Of a stretch of 51,964 nt of DNA, positions 9,928 to 20,563 are shown one piece after another. Each line of letters starts with the position of its first letter. Within the stretch, counting starts at the first letter, position 1. Under the pieces are notes generated by a model. That model saw only the letters and a list, made by a program, of their open reading frames with translations, was not told the origin of the DNA and did no database searches. The stretch comes from Bacillota bacterium (GTDB taxonomy: Bacteria > Bacillota > Clostridia > Christensenellales > CAG-138), in assembly GCA_023451115.1 (NCBI GenBank), contig JAEXFV010000117.1, positions 1-51,964 of the forward strand, read 5' to 3'. The translations under genes were made by a program, and so were the position numbers.

Positions 9928-9948
9928 AAACGGCTCCCTGGACTGCAC

Positions 9949-10986
9949 TTATAGGAGAAAGTCCGCCTGTTCCGGAATATGGAAGGCGCTGAAATAAGCT
10001 TCTTCCATGGGAATCCAGCGTTGAAAAAACGCATCTGCCCGCGCTCCATCCCGGGCTACAATCCGCTTACGCTGCTCTTGGGGCGAAACATCGCAAAAAA
10101 AACGGAGATCCATATAATTGCCAAACAGGGGGTGACAGCAATAGCACCCTTCTACAATGTGCCATTTCGTCGGTGGAACCGTGCGCCATGGGCCCAAAGC
10201 CATGGAGCCGCAATCAAAGCGCTGGTAAACAAAAGGCAATTGTTCTTTTAAATGCGGCAGCACTTGGGCCTGAAACCGCTCATAGTGGATGTTGCCGCCG
10301 GGTTGGGCCAGGCGCTCAGGGGTACGCAATAGGGGAGGAAGGAAGAAATCGTCCATATGTACCACACCCGCTTGGATTACTTGGCTTAATTGTACCGCCA
10401 GGGTAGACTTGCCGCTGGCAGCACGCCCATCCAATGCCATCACATAGGCCCTTTCGACAGGAGGCAGAGCGGAAATGGCCTTTAAAATGGGAAGCATTCT
10501 CATGAGCTGGCTGGATACCAGGCGGTAGGAAGGCTGTTCCTGCTGGCGGTAAGCTACGCTATGGTGCACTGCAACCGGGGACTGCAATGGGTAACTACTC
10601 AACAACGCTTGCCAGGCAGCGGCGGAAAAGGGCAGCCTTCCCGACAGTGCCAAATCGCCTGTTTGCTCCAAATATCTTGAAAAGGCGCCCTGATTGGGCA
10701 GAGGAGAGGTCAGGACAAACAGGCGAAACAGCCACTGTGCTGGAAGTCCGCAGGCTTTCCAGGCTCCTAAGTTCACCCGGCATACCTCCGGGGAGATGGC
10801 CTCCCAAAGAAGGCCCTCCCGGGAAGGCACCATATCGAATTCTTTCATAAAATGAAGCCTTGCTGTTTCCTCGTCCAGCAGCAGATGCTCCGCCCCAAAA
10901 GCGGCCTGATAGCATAGCTTAAGGGCATCCTGGGCCTGCATAGCGGGATGGAGGAGCGCCTGTTCTTTGACATATTCTTGGATCAT
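9949..10986 (-). CDS. P-loop nucleoside/uridine-kinase-like protein with an uncharacterised N-terminal domain
   Basis: The Walker A motif is ALDGRAASGKSTLAVQL, followed by VHMDDFF, which resembles the uridine kinase/PRK family. The N-terminal ~170 aa have no motif I recognise. Confidence 0.65.
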   Translation of the reverse strand: MIQEYVKEQALLHPAMQAQDALKLCYQAAFGAEHLLLDEETARLHFMKEFDMVPSREGLLWEAISPEVCRVNLGAWKACGLPAQWLFRLFVLTSPLPNQGAFSRYLEQTGDLALSGRLPFSAAAWQALLSSYPLQSPVAVHHSVAYRQQEQPSYRLVSSQLMRMLPILKAISALPPVERAYVMALDGRAASGKSTLAVQLSQVIQAGVVHMDDFFLPPLLRTPERLAQPGGNIHYERFQAQVLPHLKEQLPFVYQRFDCGSMALGPWRTVPPTKWHIVEGCYCCHPLFGNYMDLRFFCDVSPQEQRKRIVARDGARADAFFQRWIPMEEAYFSAFHIPEQADFLL

Positions 10987-11086
10987 GTCTCTATCGCTTT
11001 CTTGGTATGCTGGATACCCGTTTTTTGCAGCTCATATTGATTATAGGGGATCACATAAGGCTTGTCGAACCGGTTTTTCCATATGC

Positions 11087-11116
11087 AAAGCGGCATTTGG
11101 ATACTCCAAATGCCGC
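11087..11116 (-). terminator. Terminator hairpin downstream of nfnB
   Basis: GCGGCATTTGGA-gta-TCCAAATGCCGC is a perfect 12 bp stem (minus-strand reading; + strand loop is tac), followed on the minus strand by only a short TTT run. Confidence 0.55.
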
Positions 11117-11132
11117 CTGGTTTCAAAAAACT

Positions 11133-12539
11133 TTATTTGCTCTGCAAATATTCATGGATGGCTGCCGCTGCTTTTTTGCCGGCGCCCATGGCCAGGATTA
11201 CCGTAGCTGCGCCAGTTACCGCATCGCCGCCGGCATATACGCCCTCTTTGGAGGTTTTACCGGTTTCTTCATCAGCGATGATACCGCCCCATTTCTGAGT
11301 GGCCAGGCCGGGAGTGGTGTTTTTGATGAGAGGATTGGGGGAGTTGCCAATCGCCACTACCACCGTTTGCACATCCAGCACAAACTCGCTGCCTGCCTTA
11401 GGCACAGGCCGCCTGCGGCCGGAAGCGTCCGCCTCGCCCAGCTCCATCTCCACGCACTCCATGGCTTTTACATAGCCGTTTTCGTCCCCTTCGATCCGGG
11501 TGGGGTTGGTGAGCATTTTGAAGATAATGCCCTCTTCCTTGGCGTGGTGGACTTCTTCTACACGAGCAGGCATTTCCTTTTCACTGCGGCGGTAAACAAT
11601 GTAAACGTTCTCTGCGCCCAAACGTTTTGCACAGCGTGCGGCGTCCATCGCCACGTTGCCGCCGCCGATTACCGCAACGTTTTTCCCAATCTTCACCGGG
11701 GTATCCGCTTTGGGGAAGGAATAGGCCTTCATCAGGTTGATACGGGTCAAAAATTCGTTGGCGGAGTAAACACCGTTCAGGTTCTCGCCAGGGATCTTCT
11801 GGAAATTGGGCAGCCCTGCGCCAGAGCCTACGAACACCGCGTCAAACCCTTCTTCTTCCATGAGCTCGTCCAAGCTGATGGCCCGGCCAACCACCATGTT
11901 GGTTTCAATCTTTACGCCCAGCTTTTCTACTGTGGCAATTTCTTCCCGCACCAGGGCCTTGGGCAGACGGAATTCAGGAATACCGTATACCAGCACGCCG
12001 CCGGGCGTATGCAATGCTTCAAAAATATGTACTTCATATCCCAGCTTCGCCAAATCGCCTGCACAGGTCAGGCCTGCAGGGCCGGAACCAATCACGGCAA
12101 CTTTTTTGCCATTCTTTTGGGGCAGCGCTACTTCGGCTGCGCCTTCTTTGCGGGCCTTTTCCATAGCATAGTCCGCTGCAAAGCGCTCCAGGCGGCCAAT
12201 GCCCACCGGCTCTCCCTTGATACCACGGACGCATTTGGATTCACACTGGGTTTCCTGGGGGCAAACCCGGCCGCAGATAGCAGGCAGATTACTGGTTGAT
12301 TTGATGATGCTGTATGCTTCCTCAAAATTGCCTGAGGCAATCTGCGCGATAAATTCAGGGATCCGCACGTTTACCGGGCAACCGGATACGCAGGGCATAT
12401 GTTTGCAGTTGAGGCAGCGGGTGGCCTCTTCCATGGCCATGGCGGCATCATAACCCTGAGATACTTCGGAGAAGTTTTTATTGCGTACGTTGGGATCCTG
12501 CTCCCGGGCAGGTAGCTTTTTGGGGTTCATGTTCGCCAT
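11133..12539 (-). CDS. nfnB: NADPH-dependent glutamate synthase small-subunit-like oxidoreductase (NfnB-type, 2x[4Fe-4S] + FAD/NAD(P))
   Basis: 468 aa with CLNCKHMPCVSGCP and CGRVCP cluster motifs and a VAVIGSGPAGLTCAGDL Rossmann motif. It is paired with the NfnA-like gene upstream through a TAATG overlap. Confidence 0.86.
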   Translation of the reverse strand: MANMNPKKLPAREQDPNVRNKNFSEVSQGYDAAMAMEEATRCLNCKHMPCVSGCPVNVRIPEFIAQIASGNFEEAYSIIKSTSNLPAICGRVCPQETQCESKCVRGIKGEPVGIGRLERFAADYAMEKARKEGAAEVALPQKNGKKVAVIGSGPAGLTCAGDLAKLGYEVHIFEALHTPGGVLVYGIPEFRLPKALVREEIATVEKLGVKIETNMVVGRAISLDELMEEEGFDAVFVGSGAGLPNFQKIPGENLNGVYSANEFLTRINLMKAYSFPKADTPVKIGKNVAVIGGGNVAMDAARCAKRLGAENVYIVYRRSEKEMPARVEEVHHAKEEGIIFKMLTNPTRIEGDENGYVKAMECVEMELGEADASGRRRPVPKAGSEFVLDVQTVVVAIGNSPNPLIKNTTPGLATQKWGGIIADEETGKTSKEGVYAGGDAVTGAATVILAMGAGKKAAAAIHEYLQSK

Positions 12540-13393
12540 TATTTTGCACCTCCCTGTGCCAACAGGTTGCAGCCATGGGCTTCCATGCTCTGGGCTTCTT
12601 CTGCTTTGAACATACGGCTTCTTTGAATTGCCTCGTCAAAATCCACCAGATGGCCGTCAAAATCCGGACCGTCCACACAGGCAAACTTGGTTTCGCCGCC
12701 TACGGTGAGGCGGCAACCGCCGCACATGCCCGTGCCATCGATCATGATCGGATTCATGGAAACGATGGTTGGGATATTATATTGCTTGGTAAGGTTACAT
12801 ACCGCACGCATCATGGGAAGGGGGCCAATGGCGATTACTTCATCATATTTTACGCCTGCTTTGATCTGGTCCTCCAGCGCAGTGGTGGTAAAGCCTTTGT
12901 GGCCATTGGAGCCATCGTCCGTCATCACATAAAGGTTATGACATGCAGCCTGCAACTCGTCTACCAAGATGAACAGGCTGGTGTTGCGGAACCCTACGAT
13001 AATATCCACGTCCGCGCCAACGGCATGCAGTGCTTTTGCCTGGGGATACGCGATGGCAATGCCCAAACCGCCGCCAATCACTGCGATTTTTTTGCCTTCC
13101 TTGCCTTCCAGCTCGCTGGGTTTACCCAAGGGGCCCACAAAGTCCTGGAGATAATCTCCCTGGTTCAGAGTATCCAGACGTTTTGTTGTAGCGCCCACTT
13201 TTTGGAAGATGATGGTCACAGTGCCTTTTTCCCGGTCATACCCTGCAATGGTTAGCGGGATGCGCTCCCCTTGTTCATCGATCCTCAGAATGATAAACTG
13301 GCCAGGCTGCGCTTTTTTGGCCACAGCGGGTGCAGCAATCTCCATGAGCGTTACCGTATCATGCAGCGGCCGCTTGGTTACAATCTGGTACAT
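12539..13393 (-). CDS. nfnA: Ferredoxin-NADP+ reductase-like FAD/NAD-binding subunit (NfnA / sulfide dehydrogenase-like)
   Basis: I chose the ATG at 13393 (AGGAGG 7 nt upstream), giving MYQIVTKRPL.... The sequence contains FIILRIDEQGERIPLTI, VIGGGLGIA and a C-terminal CGGCRL...FACVDGP 2Fe-2S motif. Confidence 0.84.
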   Translation of the reverse strand: MYQIVTKRPLHDTVTLMEIAAPAVAKKAQPGQFIILRIDEQGERIPLTIAGYDREKGTVTIIFQKVGATTKRLDTLNQGDYLQDFVGPLGKPSELEGKEGKKIAVIGGGLGIAIAYPQAKALHAVGADVDIIVGFRNTSLFILVDELQAACHNLYVMTDDGSNGHKGFTTTALEDQIKAGVKYDEVIAIGPLPMMRAVCNLTKQYNIPTIVSMNPIMIDGTGMCGGCRLTVGGETKFACVDGPDFDGHLVDFDEAIQRSRMFKAEEAQSMEAHGCNLLAQGGAK

Positions 13394-13681
13394 GATATTC
13401 CTCCTCAACCTAATATTCAAACCGCATTTTTGCGGGTAATACTTCTATTTAATATGGTAGGTTTTCTTAAGAAAATTGTCAAATGTTTATCAATATATAG
13501 AGATATTCCAATTTGATATAAGAAAACAATACCAATAGCTATTCTACCCCAAGGGAAAACCGGTGTCAAACGTTAGCGCCATTATTTCGGCGCGAACTCA
13601 GCAAAGTAGTGAACTTTTAGAAACAACACGCCACTGTGTGGCTACAATATGATATACTGAATAAAATCGAAAAAGGGAGCG

Positions 13682-15393
13682 ATGAACATGAAAATCATGC
13701 TGGATGGCATTGCTGTCGAGGCTGACGCGGGGGAGAGCTTGTTAACGTTGCTTCGCCGTGCCGGGCTGGATGAGCCGGCTTTGCAGAAAAAGCCTCTCGC
13801 GGCCCAAATTGGCGGAGAAGTATACAATTTAAATATTGACCCGATTCATTTGGAGGAAAGCGGCATTGCACGGCCCCGAAAAGCAGTGGAAAAGGCACAG
13901 GGCTGTATCAAACTGCTGCGTTATGGGGACGATCTGGGCCACCGGGTATATGAGCGCACGCTGCAATACGTGCTGCTGCTGGCTGTGCGGCGTTTGATGC
14001 CGGAGGCACGGGTCGTTGTGCGTTACTCTCTGGGGCCGGGATTATATGTAACCATGGACAAATCCCCCCGCCTCAATGAGGAAGACGTAAAGCGGCTGGT
14101 GGAAGAATGCCGCCGTATCATTCAGGCGGATTTGCCTTTGCGGCGGGAGCGGCTGGATATCCGGCAGGCTATCGATTTTTATAAAGCAGAGGGTCAGATC
14201 GATAAAGTTAGGCTGCTTAAATGGCGCAAATTCAATTACTTTGATTGCTACCGGCAAGGAGATTATCTGGATTATTTTTATGGGGAGATGGCGCCCAGTA
14301 CAGGTTATGTAAACGTGTTTGACCTTTATTTTCAGGGGCCGGGCATGATTATGGCCTTACCCGATCTTAACGCGCCAGACAGGCCGGGAAAATGTGTCAA
14401 TGTGCCGAAACTCGCCAGTGTATTTGCCCAGAGCGATGAATGGGGGCGGTTGCTTCATTGCGCCAACGTGGCGGATTTAAACGATATGGTACAAAACGGT
14501 AAAGTGCGTGAACTGGTGCGGGTGAGCGAGGCATTGCACGAAAAAAGCTATGCTGCCATAGCGGACAGCATTGTCCGCCGCAGCGCCCGGGCCGTCATGG
14601 TAGCAGGCCCGTCCTCTTCCGGAAAAACCACGTCCGCAAACCGTCTGTATACCCAGCTCAGAGTGCTGGGCAAAAATCCGGTGCTGCTGTCGCTGGATAA
14701 TTATTATATCGACCGGGACCAGATCCCGATGGACGAAAAAGGGGAACGTGATTTAGAGCATATTGAAACCTTGGATATTCCCCGCTTCAACCAGGATTTG
14801 GAGCTGTTGATTGCCGGGGAGGAAGTGGAGGTGCCCGTGTTTGACTTTAAAACCGGAAAACGGGCTCCCAAAGGAATCCATATCCAGGTAGGCAAGGAAG
14901 AGCCGCTGATCATCGAGGGTATCCATGGCCTTAATCCACGCATGCTTAGCCCGGCAATCCCCAAAGATAGTGTGTTTCGGGTACATGTAACGCATTGACT
15001 ACGCTGAATTTAGACGACCATAACCGTATCCGCACTACGGATGTGCGTTTGCTGCGCCGTATGGTACGGGACCATGAAACCCGGGGAGCGTCGGTGGAGC
15101 ACACGCTTTCCATGTGGCCCAGCGTGCAGCGGGGGGAGCAGACCTGGATTTTCCCTTATCAGGAGCAGGCGGATGCCCTGATGAATACGGCGCTGATGTA
15201 TGAGCCCTGTGTGCTGAAAAAACATATTTTCCCGCTTTTGCTGGAGGTACAGCCGGAAAGCCCCTATTATGCTGCTGCTCGAAGCATTATCAAATTCCTG
15301 AATTATATACAGGATGCGGATATAGAGGATGAAATCCCCCCCACTTCCATTTTGCGCGAGTTTGTGGGCGGCAACACATTTTACCGGGATTGA
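13682..15393 (+). pseudogene. Long nucleoside/uridine-kinase family gene (N-terminal TGS-like region + P-loop kinase) interrupted by a 1-nt frameshift near 14990-14995
   Basis: ORF 13682..14998 contains the P-loop VMVAGPSSSGKTTSANRL and ends ...FRVHVTH*. ORF 14995..15393, in the -1 frame, continues LTTLNLDDHNRIRTTDVRLLRRMVRDHETRG...SMWPSVQRGE. That is the expected continuation of a single kinase domain. Adding one base between ACG (14990-92) and CA restores ...VHVTALTTLNLD.... Confidence 0.75.
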
Positions 15394-15480
15394 CGGTTTT
15401 TCCCCCAATGTGTTATACTAAATGGAAATAGCGGCAGGAAGCCGTGTAAAAAGGTTTGAAACGATTTGATAGCATCTGTC

Positions 15481-15536
15481 AGGAAGGCGGATAGAGCAGG
15501 CATAATGCCTGCATATTCTGCCTTCCTTTTTATTTT
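15481..15536 (+). terminator. Intrinsic terminator, either for the kinase gene or as a leader attenuator of the ECF S-component gene
   Basis: AGGAAGGC...GCCTTCCT is the outer stem and GCAGGCAT-aa-TGCCTGC the inner stem, followed by TTTTTATTTT. Confidence 0.6.
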
Positions 15537-15560
15537 GGAGGGCGGGCAAACAAAAGGAGG

Positions 15561-16094
15561 ATGGATAAAAGGATGAAACGGAATACACATCGTACCATTT
15601 GTGCTGCGGCCTGTTTGGCTTTGGGGCTGGTGCTGCCCCAGGTGTTCCACTTGCTGGGAGCGGGCACTGTATTTTTACCTATGCATATCCCGGTGTTGCT
15701 GTGCGGCTTTTTATGTGGCTGGCAATATGGCCTGGCAGTAGGGGCGATTACCCCTTTGCTTAGCGCGTTGGTAACTGGCATGCCGCCCATTTTTCCTACG
15801 GCGGTGGCTATGATGTTTGAGCTGGCAACCTATGGAATCGTGTGTGGAGCGCTGTATCCCAGACGCAATATTTATGTGGCCCTGGTATCCGGCATGCTGG
15901 CGGGGCGTGTGGTAAGCGGCGTAGCCAATGCTGTTTTTATGGGCGTTGCAGGAAAAGCGTATACATTTAGCGCTTTTATAGCGGGCGCCTTTGTCACGGC
16001 ATTGCCTGGGATTATCATCCAGGTGATTGCATTGCCCATTCTGGTAAAGCTGCTGGAAAGAACCAAACTGGTGCCGGCCAGACAGCCTGCTTAA
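15561..16094 (+). CDS. ECF-transporter substrate-specific (S) component, substrate unknown
   Basis: About 170 aa with six predicted hydrophobic helices. The LPMHIPVLLCGFLCGWQYGLAVGAITPLL pattern is typical of ECF S-components. The second ATG at 15573 has better spacing to GGAGG (15556-60). Confidence 0.68.
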   Translation: MDKRMKRNTHRTICAAACLALGLVLPQVFHLLGAGTVFLPMHIPVLLCGFLCGWQYGLAVGAITPLLSALVTGMPPIFPTAVAMMFELATYGIVCGALYPRRNIYVALVSGMLAGRVVSGVANAVFMGVAGKAYTFSAFIAGAFVTALPGIIIQVIALPILVKLLERTKLVPARQPA

Positions 16095-16182
16095 GAAGCA
16101 GAAAACCTTAGCGCTTGAAGGACCCTTATGGATGCTGTTATAATATAAAAATAACATGCTTGGGGATGTGGAGGAGCATAGA

Positions 16183-16557
16183 ATGGGTTTTTTTAATGGC
16201 GCCGGCTTTTTTGGCCTGTTTTGGATCGTTTTTGCGGTAATTGCTGTGGTGATCGTGGTGCAATTGGTGCGTGGGATTGGGCAATGGAGCAAAAACAACG
16301 CTTCGCCAGTGCTTAGTGTGGAGGCTACGGTGCGGGCAAAACGGCCGGAAGTACACCATTCTCATCGTTCTGCCAGCAATAATGGAGCTATGCACCTGTC
16401 CAGCAGCACTTCCTATTATGTTACGTTTGAGGTAGAAAGCGGGGATCGGATGGAGCTGCGGGTAGACGGGGGAGATTATGGCCAGCTGGTGGAAGGGGAT
16501 AGAGGCCGCCTTACGTTCCAAGGAACCCGCTTCAAGGAATTTGTGCGTTACCGGTGA
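16183..16557 (+). CDS. DUF2500 family protein (single N-terminal TM helix)
   Basis: I chose the ATG at 16183 (GGAGGAG 6 nt upstream). FGLFWIVFAVIAVVIVV is the TM helix. YYVTFEVESGDRMELRVDGGDYGQLVEGDRGRLTFQGTRF is the DUF2500 signature. Confidence 0.72.
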   Translation: MGFFNGAGFFGLFWIVFAVIAVVIVVQLVRGIGQWSKNNASPVLSVEATVRAKRPEVHHSHRSASNNGAMHLSSSTSYYVTFEVESGDRMELRVDGGDYGQLVEGDRGRLTFQGTRFKEFVRYR

Positions 16558-16610
16558 ACTGTTATGAGAACCCCGAATCTCTTATAAAAATCGAAGGAAT
16601 GGGTTGGAGA

Positions 16611-16641
16611 GCGCCTGCCGGAAAATGCCGGCAGGCGCTTT
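16611..16641 (+). terminator. Terminator after the DUF2500 gene
   Basis: GCGCCTGCCGG-aaaatg-CCGGCAGGCGC is a perfect 11 bp stem followed by TTT. Confidence 0.55.
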
Positions 16642-16817
16642 ACATACCACGAACAGAATAAAAATCTGTTAGGCAACAAAAATATTTTTTAGGAAATTTG
16701 GCGCAAAGCATTTACAAACAGAAGGAAAAGGAATACACTATATATATGAAATTAGCCCAATTTATGTGGGCGAATCATACAGATCCAGATAGAATAGTGA
16801 AATGGAGTGGAATTAAT

Positions 16818-18293
16818 ATGATTGATTTGACTATCCATCGTGACAATCTCCAACGGACCATCCAACGGGCCAAAGAGAACAAAATTGTGATTCCCACCTT
16901 TGCGCAGATGCGTAACCCGGACCTGATCCCGGATAAAATCAAGCAAGGGCTTAAGCACACTGGGCTTTGGGATATTAGCCCCTTGAACCTGTTCCGTATT
17001 ACTTGGCATAACGAGCCCAAGATGGAAGGCGGACTGTATGGCGGTGTTAATTTTATTGAACTGCCTGCAAAACTTACTGGCGTAAACGCCCGTATCTTTG
17101 TACTCACCGGCAAGTGGTTTCCCACGGGTTGCCATAAGGTGGGTGCGTCCTTTGGTTGCCTGGCGCCTCGATTGGTAACTGGTCAGTTCGATCCCACCTA
17201 TCATAAGGCGGTATGGCCTTCTACCGGCAACTATTGCCGTGGCGGTGCCTATAACTCCAAGCTCCTCTCTTGCGACAGTATTGCAATTCTCCCGGCGGAG
17301 ATGAGCAAAGAGCGCTTTGAGTGGCTGTCCCAAATTGCTGGTGAAGTAATTGCTACTCCTGGCTGCGAAAGCAACGTAAAAGAAATCTTTGATAAAACCT
17401 GGGAACTGCGCAACACCAGGGAAGATGTGGTAATCTTCAACCAGTTTGACGAAATGGGCAATCACTTATGGCATTATACCGTCACAGGGAAAGCCATCCA
17501 GGACGCTTATGAATCCATTAAAACCGAAACCAGCCGTTTGGCAGGCATGGCCTTTACCTCCGGTTCCGCAGGCACTATGGCAAGCGGCGATTATGTGAAG
17601 GAACAATATCCTCATGCGAAGCTGGCTGTGGGCGAAGCGCTGCAATGCCCCACTTTGCTGAACAATGGCTTCGGCGGCCACCGTATCGAAGGGATTGGCG
17701 ACAAGCATGTGCCGTGGGTACATAATGTTAAAAATACGGATATGGTAATTGCCATTGATGATGAAGATAGCCAGAATCTGCTCCGGTTGTTCAACGACCC
17801 GGTAGGCAAAGAATATCTGGTAAACGAGTTGGGCCTGGAGCCTGAGTTTGTAGAAAAGCTGTCGCTCCTGGGTATTTCCGGTATTGCAAACGTGCTTTGC
17901 TGCATCAAGATGGCTAAGTACTATGAGCTTACCAGCGATGACTGCCTGTTTACAGTGGGCACTGACTCTGCTGTGATGTATGGTTCCCGTATCGAAGAAC
18001 TCAACCAGCAGCAGGGCGCTTATCGGCCCACCAAGGCAGCGGCGGATTATTATGAGCACATGCATGGCGTGCGCACGGATAATATGGAAGAGCTTACCTA
18101 TGAGGCACGTAAGCGGGTGCATAACCTGAAATATTACACTTGGGTTGAGCAGCAGGGCAAAGACGTTGCAGAGCTCAATGCCCAGTGGTATGATTATGAC
18201 AACTACTGGGGCGGCATCCATAAACAGGCAGCAGAAATCGATGCGCTGATCAATGCGTTTAATGAAGCCACGGGCGTGCTGGATAGCCTGTAA
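16818..18293 (+). CDS. Fold-type II PLP-dependent enzyme (cysteine synthase / Trp-synthase-beta superfamily), unusually long; substrate unknown
   Basis: PTGCHKVGASFG carries the PLP lysine, STGNYCRGGAY is the counterpart of SSGNTG, and GGHRIEGIGDKHVP is the counterpart of the IEGIG motif. The start is uncertain: the frame is open from TTG 16698, and in-frame ATGs occur at 16746, 16764 and 16818. Confidence 0.72.
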   Translation: MIDLTIHRDNLQRTIQRAKENKIVIPTFAQMRNPDLIPDKIKQGLKHTGLWDISPLNLFRITWHNEPKMEGGLYGGVNFIELPAKLTGVNARIFVLTGKWFPTGCHKVGASFGCLAPRLVTGQFDPTYHKAVWPSTGNYCRGGAYNSKLLSCDSIAILPAEMSKERFEWLSQIAGEVIATPGCESNVKEIFDKTWELRNTREDVVIFNQFDEMGNHLWHYTVTGKAIQDAYESIKTETSRLAGMAFTSGSAGTMASGDYVKEQYPHAKLAVGEALQCPTLLNNGFGGHRIEGIGDKHVPWVHNVKNTDMVIAIDDEDSQNLLRLFNDPVGKEYLVNELGLEPEFVEKLSLLGISGIANVLCCIKMAKYYELTSDDCLFTVGTDSAVMYGSRIEELNQQQGAYRPTKAAADYYEHMHGVRTDNMEELTYEARKRVHNLKYYTWVEQQGKDVAELNAQWYDYDNYWGGIHKQAAEIDALINAFNEATGVLDSL

Positions 18294-18320
18294 TTCCTGA
18301 TACACGCTGAAACATGGTTT

Positions 18321-18352
18321 AAGGGCCGCAGATATGCTGCGGCCCTTTGTTA
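18321..18352 (+). terminator. Terminator after the PLP enzyme gene
   Basis: AAGGGCCGCAG-atatg-CTGCGGCCCTT followed by TGTTATT. Confidence 0.6.
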
Positions 18353-18427
18353 TTGCCTGTTGCCACTTTGGAGAGTAAGAAGGGCTGGCTGAAAGCCACA
18401 GCTTTTATCAATATTATTCTTGATCGA

Positions 18428-18478
18428 AATAGAAAAGAGAAATGGCCCGGTGGCAATTGCCACCGGGCCATTTTGTTG
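18428..18478. terminator. groEL terminator built on a perfect 30-nt palindrome
   Basis: ATGGCCCGGTGGCAA|TTGCCACCGGGCCAT spans 18441-18470. On the minus strand it is followed by TTCTCTTTTC, and on the + strand by TTTGTTG. Confidence 0.7.
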
Positions 18479-18501
18479 CAATTGAATTGGATTTACCGGG
18501 A

Positions 18502-20163
<1,662 letters not shown>

Positions 20164-20448
20164 CTATTCCACAACTGCCAGAATATCGTTCTGCCGTACG
20201 ACGATGTACTCTTCCCCGTCCAGCTTGACTTCCGTGCCGGCGTATTTGGAATAAATGACCTTGTCGCCTACGTGAACGTACATGGTTACTTCTTTGCCCT
20301 CTACTACGCCGCCGGGGCCAACTGCGATGATTTCGGCCATCTGGGGCTTTTCCTGCGCACTGGAAGTGAGCACGATGCCGCTCTTGGTGGTTTTCTCGGT
20401 CTCAAGGCTCTTAATGACAACCCGATCCGCCAAAGGCTTGAGTTTCAT
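20164..20448 (-). CDS. groS: Co-chaperonin GroES (Hsp10)
   Basis: 94 aa: MKLKPLADRVVIK...SGIVL..., located immediately upstream of groEL. Confidence 0.97.
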   Translation of the reverse strand: MKLKPLADRVVIKSLETEKTTKSGIVLTSSAQEKPQMAEIIAVGPGGVVEGKEVTMYVHVGDKVIYSKYAGTEVKLDGEEYIVVRQNDILAVVE

Positions 20449-20499
20449 AGTTGATGTACCTCCTTATATTCTGCCTGCTGCAATGATTACAATTTTGTT

Positions 20500-20526
20500 G
20501 TTAGCACTCAATGCTAATGAGTGCTA
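20500..20526. promoter_or_regulatory. CIRCE operator (HrcA binding site) of groESL
   Basis: TTAGCACTC-aatgctaat-GAGTGCTAA is an exact match to the CIRCE consensus TTAGCACTC-N9-GAGTGCTAA. It lies 52 nt upstream of the groES start. Confidence 0.92.
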
Positions 20527-20534
20527 ACATCTAT

Positions 20535-20563
20535 TATAATAGAGCACCGCTTTATCCACTGCA
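20535..20563 (-). promoter_or_regulatory. Putative sigma-A promoter of groESL
   Basis: On the minus strand, TTGCAG, a 17 nt spacer and TATTAT sit directly upstream of CIRCE, which is the classic arrangement. Confidence 0.5.

Noticed and set aside
11007-12299. 430-aa + strand ORF
   Set aside because: It is antisense to nfnB, has no RBS or recognisable motifs, and its composition mirrors the opposite-strand codons.
12575-13255. 226-aa + strand ORF
   Set aside because: It is antisense to nfnA and is a shadow ORF.
14981-15000. Programmed -1 ribosomal frameshift as the explanation for the split kinase gene
   Set aside because: There is no X-XXY-YYZ slippery heptamer and no obvious downstream stimulatory structure at the junction (GTA ACG CAT TGA). 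A 1-nt deletion or a sequencing error is the simpler explanation.
15711-16298. 195-aa minus-strand ORF
   Set aside because: It is antisense to the ECF S-component and DUF2500 genes, which have coherent TM and domain signatures.
16752-18305. Two long minus-strand ORFs (237 aa and 279 aa)
   Set aside because: Both are antisense to the PLP-enzyme gene, which has clear family motifs. Neither has an SD site or domain signature.
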